NCBI RefSeq assembly: GCF_004010195.1
Contig: NC_057757.1
Coordinates: 8,519,458 to 8,583,457, forward strand
DNA from: Chiloscyllium plagiosum
Lineage: Eukaryota
DNA length: 64,000 nucleotides
Direction: 5' to 3'
Below are positions 1 through 11,780 of this stretch, piece by piece. The position numbers were made by a program, and so were the translations under genes. Each line of letters starts with the position of its first letter. The stretch's first letter is position 1. The notes beneath the pieces were generated by a model. It saw nothing but the letters and a program-made list of their open reading frames with translations, was not told the origin of the DNA and did not search any database.

Positions 1-89
1 GTAGACAGGATGGTTAAGAAGGTGTACGGGATCTAGTCTTAATTAGCCAGGGATTAGAATATCGAATCTAGAACACAGAACCTGAAGAG

Positions 90-448
90 ACCCCAGAATA
101 TTGCTATCTTATAAATGAGGTCTTCCTGAGGAATTGGAGACCAACACATATTCAGTGGGTTGGGAAGTGGGCAGCAGGTCATCAAGTTGCAGTCCCAGTA
201 GGATTTAGAAAGGAGATGTTGTGGGTATGAATTACCAAGAGGAGGTCATTTGGGAGTAAGGAAAACTTATGTAAAAATGCAAAAGCATTTTCATTGGCCT
301 GGACTGTGAAAAGATGTAGTCAAATTTTGGAGGACATTTCATATGTGTCAGGAAATTGGGAACTTTCAGGCCGTGATAAAGCCAGCACTTTTAATATCCA
401 TTCTCACATTTGGGGAACATTTTACAAGGGTGTGAATTGATTGGGTAG
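90..448 (+). mobile_element. Gmr1-like Gypsy integrase N-terminal fragment, cut off by the ERV LTR
   Basis: Degenerate GHLGVRKT..KHFHWPG..KDVVKF..CQ translation; colinear with 32710-33056; stops where the LTR terminus begins at 449. Confidence 0.8.
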
Positions 449-1121
449 TGTTGTAGTAAAATTAATAAAATTCACATTTAGAAACAAGTCAATCAAATTT
501 CGAAGTAAGTAAATCAAATTTATTAAATCGAAACCTTTTGGGAGGGGCAGTGTGATTCTGCCCCGAACTGTGGGACTTGACAGGACCATCTCTCCCTGAA
601 CAATAGGTACAGCAGCTTTTATAGTCTGGAAGGTGTGTACAACAAAAGGCCACGAAAGATGGTAGCTTGTGATCTGTGCATGTGCGAAGAGATTGCTGTT
701 TCCTGGATGAGCATACCACGCCATTGTGTTCTGAAGTTGCGCATGCTGAGATCGTGGTTTCCGGGAACAGTGTACCACGCCATTGTGTTCTGTACATGCA
801 CACATAGAGATTGCTGTTTCTGGGAACAGTGTACCACACCATAGTGTTCTGCATATGCACAGACAGAGATTGCTGTTTCTGGGAACAGTGTACCACGCCA
901 TAGTGTTCTGTACATGCACACACACAGATTGCTGCTTCTGGGAACAGTGTACCATGCCATAGTGTTCTGTACATGCACACACACAGATTGCTGTTTCTGG
1001 GAACAGTGTACCATGCTATAGTGTTCTGTACATGCACATGCAGGGATTGCTGTGTCTGGGAACAGTGTAACACACCATTGTGTTCTGTCAGTATTTCTTC
1101 TTTAGTTCATTCCTGTTTTCA
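449..1121 (-). mobile_element. ERV-A 3' LTR
   Basis: Minus strand reads TG(1121)...CA(449), with TATAAAA at 617-623, AATAAA at 519-524 and a purine-rich tract AAGGGGAGAC immediately upstream (1122-1131). Confidence 0.8.
689..1087. repeat. 59-bp tandem repeat (about 6.7 copies) in the LTR U3
   Basis: Unit approximately agattgctgtttctgggaacagtgtaccacgccatagtgttctgtacatgcacacacac at 59-bp spacing. Confidence 0.95.
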
Positions 1122-1249
1122 GTCTCCCCTTGTGGTCCGAGACATGCCGGAGCATGACGAACAGACCACCACCATCCAGTAATCAACGGTGGGGCCAGAA
1201 AGGGGTAACTCCCAGGTGAATCAACGTGGAGGTTAGCACCCGGAATAAT

Positions 1250-1645
1250 ACTCGCTGTCCAAACTTTCCAACATGAGGTAAGGACAGCCATAATGATGCA
1301 ACAAGTGATAACCGTAACAATGAACATGATGAAGGCGTGCAAAAGGTATGAGCCCCAGGATCTGCCTTATCGCCATCCTAGCCCCTTCCCCGGCAGTGGG
1401 GGGATAATAACCATGAAACTATTTCCACTCCTGCCGGATCTTATCAGCCTCCAGGTGGATGTGATCCATTTGGTCAGTTATATTGTCTGAGGTATTCAGA
1501 ATGTATGTGCCGCACTCGGGACCAATAACAGCACAGGGACCACCTTGTACCACTCACAAATAGTCAAGGGTCAAACGGTTCGACAACACAACAGTACGGG
1601 TGGAAATGACCTCAGCCGACACCTCGGAGATGGCCGTGCTGTTAG
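1250..1645 (-). pseudogene. env: ERV-A env transmembrane subunit remnant (gamma-type)
   Basis: Translates to ...VVLSNRLTLDYL*VVQGGPCAVIGPECGTYILN..., an immunosuppressive domain plus degenerate CX6CC, followed by hydrophobic AFIMFIVTVITCCIIMAVL. Confidence 0.85.
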
Positions 1646-1868
1646 AAATGGGGAAAAGTGTTGTTTTTGCAGATATAGAAAAAGCATACAGAAAAGGGGT
1701 ACAGCAAGAGAACTATTAACCCTGCAGGTATTTAGGGAAAAGCATGTCTACTTTTCAGTGCATAATTATGGATAATTCAGTACTAACTTTAATGTAGATT
1801 TATTAAAGAAAATAATTCATTTTACCATAATGTTTAAAATAACAGTTTCAGCAAAAAGCTAAGATTAC

Positions 1869-2272
1869 TGAAACATATAAGCGAAGCACGAAAAAGATAC
1901 ATTGTTAAGATGTATGTACAAGAATGGAATGTACCTAAGGACAATGAAAGAAGTTACAAAGGGAACATCAAGATAAGAGTTTAGCCTTATGACAGCACGT
2001 GCAAGAGGGAAAATTGCCAACTTGGAAAGAAGGGGGCAATGGGCATGGAACATAGATGGGCAGAGGCGAAATAGTAAGAAAGATTGGGTAATGTAGGGAT
2101 CGGAAGAAGTGACCTCACATAGCTCAAAAGTATAACTGTGTAATAGTTTGAATAATCATCACTTTAATTGCTTTCTGCAATTGGGGTCCTTTCTTGCAAG
2201 ATCGTAGAATAGATTGTCTTGTTTCCAGCTTTGGTGGTCTCGTCTAAATTTTATTGAATTTTGTTTCTAACA
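1869..2272 (+). mobile_element. ERV-B 5' LTR (5' boundary tentative)
   Basis: Ends ...AACA four bases before the PBS; TATA-like GTATAAC near 2131; candidate start TGAAA. Confidence 0.65.
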
Positions 2273-2276
2273 GATT

Positions 2277-2294
2277 TGGGGGCTCGTCTGGGAT
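2277..2294 (+). promoter_or_regulatory. tRNA-Pro primer binding site
   Basis: TGGGGGCTCGTCTGGGAT matches the MLV-type PBS-Pro TGGGGGCTCGTCCGGGAT at 17 of 18 positions. Confidence 0.9.
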
Positions 2295-2439
2295 CCCAAG
2301 CTCCGGTCGCTCGACAATTGTTGGGAAAACGGAGAAGGTGCACATCACTGATTTCGGTGATCTTTAGTTTCCCTCTTTGCCACAGCGGCTTGGGCGAGCG
2401 AAATCCGGACTGAGAGATCTGGGAAACAAAACGGTTTGA

Positions 2440-3050
2440 GAGGCGGCCGGTTTGGTCGGGTAACTCTTGTGCACAGGACCCGGGTAAGAAAAAGGTCTTG
2501 AATAAGTATTATCTAGGCGACCAGGGTAGGCAATGGTATTTACTGCCATTCACCACGGGGCGGAGCGCTCTGACATGAGGTTGGGTAACTCTTTTATACA
2601 CAAAACCCGGGTAAGATATATGTCTCCAGGCGACCGGGGCAAGCAACAGTTGTTGCTGCCATTGCTGTGGGCTGGCGTACGGCGGGTTTGGTCAGGTAAC
2701 TTTTGTGCACGGAAGACCCTGGTGAGATATATCTGTATATCTCCGGGCAACCGGGGCAAGCAACGGTTGTTGCTGCCACCATTGCCATGGGACAGGGCAC
2801 GCTGACACGCGGCGGCTTGGTCTGATCAACTCTTGTGTATACAAGACCCGGGTATCCGGGCAGCCGGGATAGGTAGTGACAGTTGTCTAGGGCAAGCAAC
2901 AGGGTGGTTGCTGCCAGGTATTGCCGCGGGACTGGGCGCATTCGACCAGGTAACTCTTGTGCACAGACCAAGGTATGAAAATGGACCGTTAGGTATTGCC
3001 TTGGTGGTCGGGCACGTACGAGAAGTACGGGGAATTGGCAACACATAAAT
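2440..3050 (+). repeat. Imperfect ~120-130 bp tandem repeats in the ERV-B leader
   Basis: Recurrent ggtaactcttgtgcac..gacccgggta and ggggcaagcaacngttgttgctgcca blocks, 4-5 copies. Confidence 0.8.
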
Positions 3051-3263
3051 TAAGGTATATAATTGGCTAAATTAATCTGATGAGTGAGGTGTCTACCTGA
3101 TTTGACCACCCAGCCTTAGACCAGTTGTTAAGAGGGAAATCCCCCACGTGAAGGTCAGGATCCTGAAGTGGGCGTGAAAGAAGGTGACACCGGATCTCAG
3201 TCAGGTTAATTAAATTACATAAAGAAACGGCCGAGTATTAGTTGTTTAAGTGTCGAAGGAGAC

Positions 3264-4544
3264 ATGAGAGGGACATCCGAGGACCACATCCCAACGGACA
3301 GTCCTTTAGGAAAAAGGTTGAGAGATTGGAAGTACAATCCTCGGACGCGAGGAAATGATATAAAAAAAGATAAAATGTCAATTGAAAACAGCCTTACAGT
3401 CAGGAGGAATCAGATTATGCTTCGTGTCAGAAGGGCTAGTAGCTGAAGGGCTATTGAGGGTACACTTCGTAACTAATTTATAGCCAGGCATCCAGAAAAA
3501 TATTCAAAACCTAGAGGAGTCGTTGCAGGAAGCTCAAAGTGTCTGTGTGTGTGTGTGTGTGAGAGAGAGAGACAGAGATAGAGAGAGAGAGAAAAGAGCT
3601 GTACAGCTAGTAGAAAGGTTAACCCTTTGTGATTCAGTCTGAATACACATTTGTTTGCTGGTGATTGAATGTTCCCTGGAACTTGAAATCTGGGACTGTT
3701 TTGAATCTGATTTCTATTATGGAAATTTTAACATGATTTCTTTTAAGTTTAAGGATTTTGCAAGATTATAAAATAAAATGTTAACTCCTGCTCATTTTAC
3801 AGGTCATGACTACCTTACTATTAGTTTTTAACTAATCTCTTTTATCCTTACATAAAAGCGATTTGTGGAGGACAGTTGAAGTCTCAGTTCAACATTAGAT
3901 TGTAATAAAGAAAAAAAAAACGAAAATCCTATAATTAAACTCAGTGACCTTGGATTTGGCCATTATTCATGCATTAGAAGTTTTTTTTAACAACCTATAG
4001 CATTGTAATTGAGCAATGACTGCTCAGGACTACTTAAGAAAACTAATTTTGGATCAAAGGACTAAAACCGGGTAATTATAGTGGATTTCAAAGTTGGAAA
4101 CTGTATGCATTTTACATTTGAAATATTAAACGCTGAATAAATGAATTTATATACACAAGTAAGATTCCTAAATGTATATAAAGGTTTTAAAGTTAGAGAA
4201 GCATAAATTGATAAATTATATTTGAGATTACAGGGAGCAAGAAATATTGCAATATTTCTTTAAAAATCAAGGTCTAAACAAAACATTGGATAATAAAGAA
4301 AACGACAAAACTAAAAGGAGGAGGAAACCGGAATGGTGGTGGGCAGCATGTTGAAAATAAAGGGAGGAGAAGGGATTGGGGAGGAGATGTTAAGGGGTCT
4401 GGTAGACAGGAACAAAGATCAATGTGGAAATCCCCACAGGCGGGATGTTATTACTATGGAAAGACAGGTCACTTCAACAGAGAGTGTCCTGATCCGAAAA
4501 AGGAAGCAAAGGCAGTGCTGTTTGTAAACCTTGATGAAAAATAG
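3264..4544 (+). pseudogene. gag: ERV-B gag remnants (matrix start and nucleocapsid end; middle replaced by AT-rich DNA)
   Basis: IPTDSPLG..L..W near 3290; degenerate zinc knuckle GCYYYGKTGHFNRECP at 4443-4490, in frame with TAG at 4542-4544. Confidence 0.75.
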
Positions 4545-4790
4545 GGGTGTCAGGGGTTCCTGCCCCCCGGCACCCACCAAGAACCCTTGATAAGTTTAAA
4601 GGTGGGACATTACAAAGACGACGTAGTTTTCCTAGTCGATACGGGGGCAGCAAGGTCATCCTTAACGTTTAAGCCAAAGGGAGTGGGAACGAAAAAGTTA
4701 ATTGGATTATGGCGACAGTTTTGTGATGTGAGGCATGAAGGGTCAGTTTTGCGCTCATGACGAGATATGGCCACCAAATTGGGGATTGAA
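4545..4790 (+). pseudogene. pro: ERV-B protease
   Basis: In frame after the gag stop: GCQGFLPPGTHQEPLISLKVG..VVFLVDTGAARSSL, with DTG starting at 4638. Confidence 0.9.
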
Positions 4791-5139
4791 TTAACTGCAA
4801 ATGGTGCTATGGAATCTGTTGAGGTTCTTAAAAATGAATGTGCTCGAAAAAAAAACAATTACAAAAACAGGGTGAGAGGTCGCAAGTGACTGGTAAACAA
4901 ACAGAACTATGCAATTACAGTTTTTAAAATGTTTTAGTCACTTGTTGTGCTTGCACCCTGAATTATATAATATATATACTTAATAATTAATATTTATAAT
5001 AAATCAATTGTGTTAGCCTGTATCAATAATAATTGGCAGGATTCTTTCACACATTCTCCGTGACCTGTCATATTGATTCACGGTTAATTTAAAACATGAC
5101 TGTATTAATTCATTGTTAATTAAAGAACGGAAAGTTACA

Positions 5140-5900
5140 TTACTGGCCGGAGTGTGTGCAGGCAGTGGGAGCAACAGCCTTATTGGTAGAGGAGAGTTGC
5201 AAACTTACTTTTGGGGGAGCCTTAATAGTCAGCACCCCACATCAGGTACGGAGCATACTAAATCAGAAAGCAGGACAATGGCTCACAGACTCTCGGATCT
5301 TAAAATATGAGACAATCTTAATAGAACAGGATGACCTTCTGTTAGTCACAGACAGTTGCTTGAATCCAGCGGCATTTCTGTGGCGGAGAGAGGGGGGTGG
5401 CCCTTGGCAATCCAGAACATGACTGCCTTGATATTACTGAATATCAGACTAAAGTGCGAATGAACTTAAGAGACGTACCGTTGCATGCGGGAACTCGGTT
5501 CTTTATCGACGGGTCCTCCCGGATGATTGAGGGTAAAAGGCATAATGGATATGCTGTAGTAGATGGGATAGAGGGAAGCATTATCGAGTCTGAAAGACTG
5601 CCTAACGGCTGGTCAGCGTAAACTTGTGAACTCTACGCCCGAGAAAGAGCTCTCAGAACCTTAGAAAACAAAAAAGGAACAATATGTACAGACTCCAAAT
5701 ATGCGTTTGGAGTCATATAAACGGGCATCAGAAGGGGAATGAATCGGAAGTACAGATGAGGTAGTTAAAGAAGCGACCCTGAATCCACAAGGAGCAGTGA
5801 TATACTCCCTAATACCTACAATTTTAGATCTTCAGGGTGCCCCGTTGTTTACTGCAAAGGGGGAAAAGGGACTAAAAGATTTAGGAGCTGCAATGACAGC
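5140..5900 (+). pseudogene. pol: ERV-B pol connection + RNase H, copy 1
   Basis: PHQVRSILNQKAGQWLTDSRILKYE, FFIDGSS..GYAVV, TDSKYAFG; frameshifts and stops. Confidence 0.9.
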
Positions 5901-5904
5901 AGAT

Positions 5905-6380
5905 GGAGCAGCCTTATAGTAGCTAGTAACCTCCCCACCCCCCCATCAAGTCAGAACTGTGTTAAACCAAAAGGCAGGGAGATGGTTGACAAGGCCATCC
6001 TGATGGAAGAAGATGACTTGGTGTTAGCAACAGACACCTGTCTAAACCCAGTTACCTTCTTATGGAAGGGAGACCCTCTAGACAAACGAGACTTAGAACA
6101 TGACTGTTTAGATATCATAGAGTATCATACCAAAATTAGACAGGACCTGAGAGATCTACCTTTACATGACGGGGATAGATTGTTTATAGATGGATCATCG
6201 AGAGCAGTGGAAGGAAAAAGACACAATGGATATGCAGTAGTGGACGGTAACAAAAACCAAACAGTGGAGGCAGACCGGCTGCCTAACACATGGTCAGCCC
6301 AGACCTGGAAATTGTACGCAGTAAATCAAGCTTTAAAACAGAGAATCGGGATGGGACAATTTACACTGATTCTAAGTATG
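5905..6380 (+). pseudogene. pol: ERV-B pol connection + RNase H, copy 2
   Basis: DDLVLATDTCLNP..LFIDGSSRAVEGKRHNGYAVVDG..LPNTWSAQ, paralogous to copy 1. Confidence 0.9.
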
Positions 6381-6384
6381 TATA

Positions 6385-7165
6385 AAATAATAAGGGAAGG
6401 GCTCAAAGGAGGAAGGAACCCAGGAGTGAGACCCTTCCAAAGTATACAGGTGGATTACACTGAACTACCCCCAGTGTGAAAACAGAAGTACCTGTTGGTC
6501 TTAGTAGACCACTTACCCGGGTGGTGGAAGCTTTCCCAATGTCATTAGCCACCTCAAAAGGAGTGGTGAAAACCTTCCTTGAACAAATCATCCCACGATA
6601 TGGAATAGTGGAAAGTATAGATTCAGACCAAGGTAGCCATTTTATTTCTAAGATCTTACAAAAAGTAATGGCAAGAATTTCATACCCCTTTGGCACCCAC
6701 CCTCCTCTGGGTGGGTTGAACGAATGAATCAAATCTTAAAGAAGCAATTATCTAAGCTAGTCCTAGAGACTTGATTCCCATGGACAAAATGTTTACCTAT
6801 CGCATTGCTATGCATTAGGACTGTTCCTAGACATGATATAGGCCTCTCTCCTTATCAGATGATGTTTTGGATTACCTTTTTTGTGTGGAAGAGGGGAATT
6901 ACCAGCTGTAGAGTTCAATGGTAAGTTTTTAAAGAACTATATTGTGGCGCTCGGCTCTTCCTTGTCTGTCCTTAGGAAGAAGGGTCTGTTGACCCAGATA
7001 CCTCCACTTGAGTTCGACAACCGGTTGATTGCGTCCTCATCAAGACCTGGAAGGATACCAAACTCCACCTGAGCTGGGAGGGACCATTCCTAACCTTCCT
7101 GACTACTGAGACAGCTATCCAGACTGGTGAGAAAGGGTGGAGTCATCACACTCGCGTCAAAGGTC
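6385..7165 (+). pseudogene. pol: ERV-B integrase
   Basis: PFQSIQVDYTELP, IIPRYGIVESIDSDQGSHF, VERMNQILK, WEGPF and WSHHTRVK motifs across frameshifts. Confidence 0.9.
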
Positions 7166-7171
7166 CATTTT

Positions 7172-7730
7172 CCAAATAAAACAGAAATTGTCACAGGCTA
7201 GATTATAAATAAAACTGAAATGGTCACAGGCCAGATTGAAGATAAAACTGAAAATGTGCCAGGCCAGATTAAAAATAAAACTGAAATTGCTCCAGACCAG
7301 ATTAAAAATAAAACTCAAATTGTCACAGGTCAGGTTAAAAGTAAAAGTCAAATTGTCACAGGTTAGGTTAGAAAAAAAATTGTCACAGGCATGATGTAAA
7401 AAAAACCTGAAGTTGTCACAGGCCAGATTAAAAATAAAACTCAAATTGTCACAGGCCTGATTTTTAAAAAAACTGAATTTGTCACAGACCAGATTAAAAT
7501 AAAACAGGAAGTGTCACAGATGGGTTAAAAATAAAACTGAAATGGTCACAGGCCAGATTAAAAATAAAAGTCAAATTGTCACAGGCCAGGTTAAAAAAAA
7601 ACTCAAATTGTCACAGGCCAGAGTAAAACTAAACTGAAATGATCACAGGCCAGATAAAAATAAAACTCAAATTGTCACAGGCCAGATTGAAAAAAAATCT
7701 GAAATGGTCACAGGCGAGATTAAAAAAACA
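7172..7730. repeat. 33-bp minisatellite, about 17 copies
   Basis: Unit approximately aaattgtcacaggccagattaaaaataaaactg. Confidence 0.95.
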
Positions 7731-8469
7731 ATTAAAGCAGTACCAATGTTAAGCAAAAGAAAACCCTATCTTAAAGTTGAGAGGTAAGGTTCTATTCCCC
7801 CAAGGTAGTAGTCCCATTCGGCAAGGGTCAAACTGAATGTACAGACTCTAGGAACAGTGAAAAGGTTAAATATAACCTCAGGGGCCCCAAACCCCAACAT
7901 TGAGGCCAAATCAAACAAACGCCGACTGAATCAGCCTAGACAGACCCTCCCTACGTTGGAATAGCGAATCACGGCACAATATATAAAATTAGAAATTCTG
8001 AGATCACCCGGAGGTTGCAGAATAGCACTCTCTTTCATTGTTACCAAGCTGGCTGAGAGATCAATTGGCAAAACTCAGGGTATCAAAGAGATGACCCTGA
8101 GGCAGCATATTTCATACCTATATTTTGCACAATCATATTATTTTACTTTAATGTTTCTAGCCTTAATTGGGTTCTCCTAAGGCAATTAATACATTAGTGT
8201 TGTTTCACACATACAATAAACAATGGAGTTACTGTGGTGACATTTGTGTCGTTGAGATAATACCGAGGTTACAATCAGCATTATGTTATAATGACTGTCT
8301 GGGTAATAGACAGATTACTTGATTATGCCAAGTTTCATGCACTCCTTATTCCATTCTCATGGTCACTGTGACTGCAGTAGCCATTTTAAGCTTTTCAGAC
8401 AAATTATTATCGCAAGGTGGAGATTTAAAATGAATGCTTTTGATGGTTAACTCCCCTACACTTTATCAC

Positions 8470-8993
8470 TATCTCTCTAACATCTCTCCTGTAAGAACCT
8501 GGTTTGAATTTTCCTTTTTGCCAAGGGATGTGTTTATGGGGAATTTGCAGGAAATAAGAATAGTATCATTAAGTTGTGATAGAGTTGGTTGGGTTTTCAG
8601 ATAGATGAAGGTATTCTATATTCTGTTCTCTTTGTTCGTGTTTCATTTGGAAGTCTGTAAGTAATTTCTGTTTTGTTTAAAACTGAGTGCTTTGACCAGC
8701 TGCATCATACATGGAATACCCACCTTATACCTGCTTAAAGCAACTAAAAATGTTAGGATCTAGGTTACCTTCTTAAAAGGTTTTGCGGGGCTCTGGCCTG
8801 ATTCATAGCATTCAGAACTACAGTTTATCCTTAGTAATGACATAGCTGGATCACAAATGGGAGTGATGCCCACTGTGGTTGAAAGGCCAGTGGAACATCA
8901 GGCAACTGAGATGTTACAGGAAGTATATCCTGGGACTTTTCCTGACTTTGTGGTAATAAGGACACAAAGTCCCAGGTAGAAACAGGAGGATGA
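8470..8993 (+). mobile_element. Gmr1-type LTR 3' half (to ~8810) plus a PR-IN linker fragment
   Basis: Similar to the LTRs at 23267-23890 and 29799-30309; 8815-8993 resembles 32400-32540. Confidence 0.65.
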
Positions 8994-9086
8994 TCATTGT
9001 ACCCAGCTGAGGGAGGGGGAACGTGAGATTGTATCCCTGTGGATTGAGGTTATTTCATCACCCAGCTGGGGGAGGTGAAGATAAAA

Positions 9087-9363
9087 TTGTGTGTGTGTGT
9101 GTGAGAGTGTGTGTGTCTGTCTGTACGTGTATGTCTGTATGTGCGTGTTGTGTCTGTGTGTGAGAGTGTGTGTGTCTGTGTGTGAGAAAGAGTGTGTGTA
9201 CCCGTGTGTACGTGTGTGTCTGTGTGTGTGTGCGTGTGTGTCTGTGTGTATTTGTGTGTGTCTGTGTGTGAGAGAGAGTGTGTACATGTGTGTCTGTGTG
9301 TGTACGTGTGTGTATTTGTGTGTGTCTGTGTGTGAGAGAGTGTACGTGTGTGTGTGTGTCTGT
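9087..9363. repeat. Compound (TG)n microsatellite
   Basis: Imperfect TG/TCTG/AG runs. Confidence 0.95.
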
Positions 9364-9557
9364 CCTGGATGATACAAATGTTTGTTGTCTGACCCGCCTA
9401 ACTGTATATCGGAGGGTTTGAGCTTGCTTGACCATTTCAGAATGTAGTTAACAGTCAAACACATTGTTGTGAGTGTGGAGTCACATACATACCAAAATAG
9501 ATAACCCCGACAGGTTTCCATCTGGAAGAGGGGATCAATGAGACACCTTTTCCAGGA

Positions 9558-9692
9558 GTAAAAGCAAAACACTGTGGATGCTGGAGATTTGAAACAAAGA
9601 ATGGAGAAACTCAACGGGTCCAGCAACATGTGTGAAGGCAGAGAGAGAAAGAGAGTTAACGTTTCGACTCTGGTATATGTCTTCTTCAGAAG
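9558..9692. mobile_element. Penelope-like terminal remnant
   Basis: gatgctggag..aaactcaacgggtccagcaacat..aacgtttcg..cttcttcag, a motif shared with 12200-12400, 15255-15330 and 43850. Confidence 0.6.
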
Positions 9693-10220
9693 CAAGTTTC
9701 TTCAGTATTTCCTGAGATTGTCCATGATCAGTGAGCTACTGCATTTATATTTCCCTTGTTCATTCAGGGGATGGTGGCATCACTGGCCAGCATTTATTGC
9801 CAATCCTTAATTTTCCAAAAATCAATTCATGGCCAGCATTAGAATCTTCATTAAAGATAATGTTTTGAATATTGAATTTAATGTCCACCATCTGCCTTAG
9901 CAGGATTCAAACCCAGGTTCCCAGAGCATTATCTGGATCTCTGTCCAGTGTTAATAGCACAAGGTCATTCACTCCGCGTGATATCACCAGTACAGGCCGG
10001 ATCAGAGTTTGCAAATCAGAACACAATGCAGGACAATATAAAGGAACTGGGTGTAAGGGTTCGGTCCTTAAAATTATAATCCTGAATGAGATTGTGTTTG
10101 TTAGAACGAGCCTTCTCAATTCAGACATATGCAAATCGGAACCACTTGTACAACACAATCTCTTTATAGCACCACATGCAAGATTACAGGATGAGGTTTA
10201 TTCATGAAATGTTTTGCATG

Positions 10221-11131
10221 TCAATTTTTTAAAATCTTCACAAAGAAATTGATGGAAAATTTAATCCCACTCCTTAACTCATTTCTGAACTTACTCTGGG
10301 TCCCTGCATAAATAAATGGGTTTATACAGGAACTTAACATCTGCAGCATGTACCCTACTTCTTCAAGAATGAAATTGGACTTATTGTAATTGGAACCTGA
10401 GAAATAACTCATGTTTGAAATTCGGACGTAGAGAAATGTTAACACATACAGCATCCATAACAGGACAAAACTGCCTGAGATACAGAAGAGCAGAATGATG
10501 GACTTTCTCCGGTTCCTGACCTCCATGTCATTCGGATTTTCCGACTGTTTGCCAACATGGAGTCTTTTGCGAGTTTGAATAGCCTTTAGGATTTGTCTGA
10601 CAGTCACAGCGTTGAGCAGTAAGATCAAAACGAATGGGAGACAAGGGGTTGAAATGAAATTAATCCAATGATATGCAGCCCATACAGATGAGGTGTAAAA
10701 TATAGACTTAAGTTTGCAATACCATGGTATATTATCAATTGTATATAATGGTTCATATATGAAATACCAGAATGTATTTTTGATACTGCTCATTCCACAA
10801 ACTGCCCCTATAACCACAGCTGCTACTTTCTCTGTGCAATATCTTGTCTTCATTTTTTGGCAAGAAATGGCTACAAATCGATCAATAGTGAATATGACAG
10901 TTGCCCAGACAGAACAATCCTTGCTTGCAGACATTAGTGCATAACTGACAGTACAGACTGGGGTGATATACATGACACTGCGTGGGAAGTAAATACCAAC
11001 AATACGGTTCAATATTACAGCTGTAATAATGATCAGCAGGTCTGTCACCGCCATGCATACGAGGTAGTAAGTGATGCATCTGGAGAGACCACACCTTCCT
11101 CTGGATAGGATCATAATCACTGCCACATTAG
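10221..11131 (-). CDS. GPR139-like class A GPCR, gene A, exon 2 (end of TM1 to TM7)
   Basis: Open frame with YLVCMAVTDLL, FTIDRFVAISC, RRKSIILLF and NPFIY; polypyrimidine tract and TGCAG acceptor (AG at 11133-11132), phase 1; spliced product 326 aa. Confidence 0.92.
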
Positions 11132-11569
11132 CTGCAATTTGAAAAAGAGACACAATCCAGAGGATAATAGAAATGAAACAGTGAGAGAGACACAGAGAGC
11201 AGAAACATAAGACTTGACTTCTCAAATAAAAGTTTTATTTTCAGAATTTTGGGTGAAATTTTCAGATCTGATACTTATAGTGAAACTAATTCTCCATTCT
11301 ATCAACAAGAATTTGAAGCTAAAATGTAGTAACTAGCCTTTAAAATTGATTATGTCACATTCACTCACACCTATTAAATGGCAATATTATTATCCACATT
11401 ATTGTGTTGAATAAAAGATTATAACATAATGTGGGTGTGATTATGGTTTTCTGGATTTCCATTAGTAATGTTGGTGAATGCTCAAGATCAATTTTCAGCA
11501 GTTCTCCTGATTCCCAGCTGTAAGGTTCAGTTATATACATTAACACACATGTTATGAGATTTTGTTCAG

Positions 11570-11780
11570 AAAGGGCTTGGTTGGGTGACTGGGCTGCAAT
11601 GCTGTTCAATGGTAATAGTGTGGGTTCAATTGCTGCACTGGCTGAGGTTACCATGAAGGTCTCTCCTCATCAACCTCTCCCCTTCCCTGAAGCATGATGA
11701 CCCCCAGGTTAAACCACCAATAACCATTCCTCCCAAATGAGAGAGCAACCCAATGGTCTAGTCAGACAATGGCAACTTTA
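11570..11780 (+). mobile_element. Old tRNA-derived SINE in the gene A intron
   Basis: B-box-like gggttcaattgc followed by a SINE-like body; family not established. Confidence 0.45.

Noticed and set aside
689..1087. CRISPR-like array, and overlapping ORFs at 422-1073
   Set aside because: Units are contiguous with no unique spacers and no cas genes; the ORFs arise from the LTR repeat
449..2272. The two LTRs as a pair from one provirus
   Set aside because: Opposite orientation and no visible sequence similarity
7157..7444. 95-aa repetitive ORF
   Set aside because: By-product of the 33-bp minisatellite
8994..9695. His/Thr-rich 233-aa ORF
   Set aside because: Translation of a (CA)n microsatellite
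11132..11225. Apparent N-terminus of the 334-aa ORF
   Set aside because: Intronic pyrimidine tract before the acceptor, with a non-ATG start; the same applies to 49469-49538
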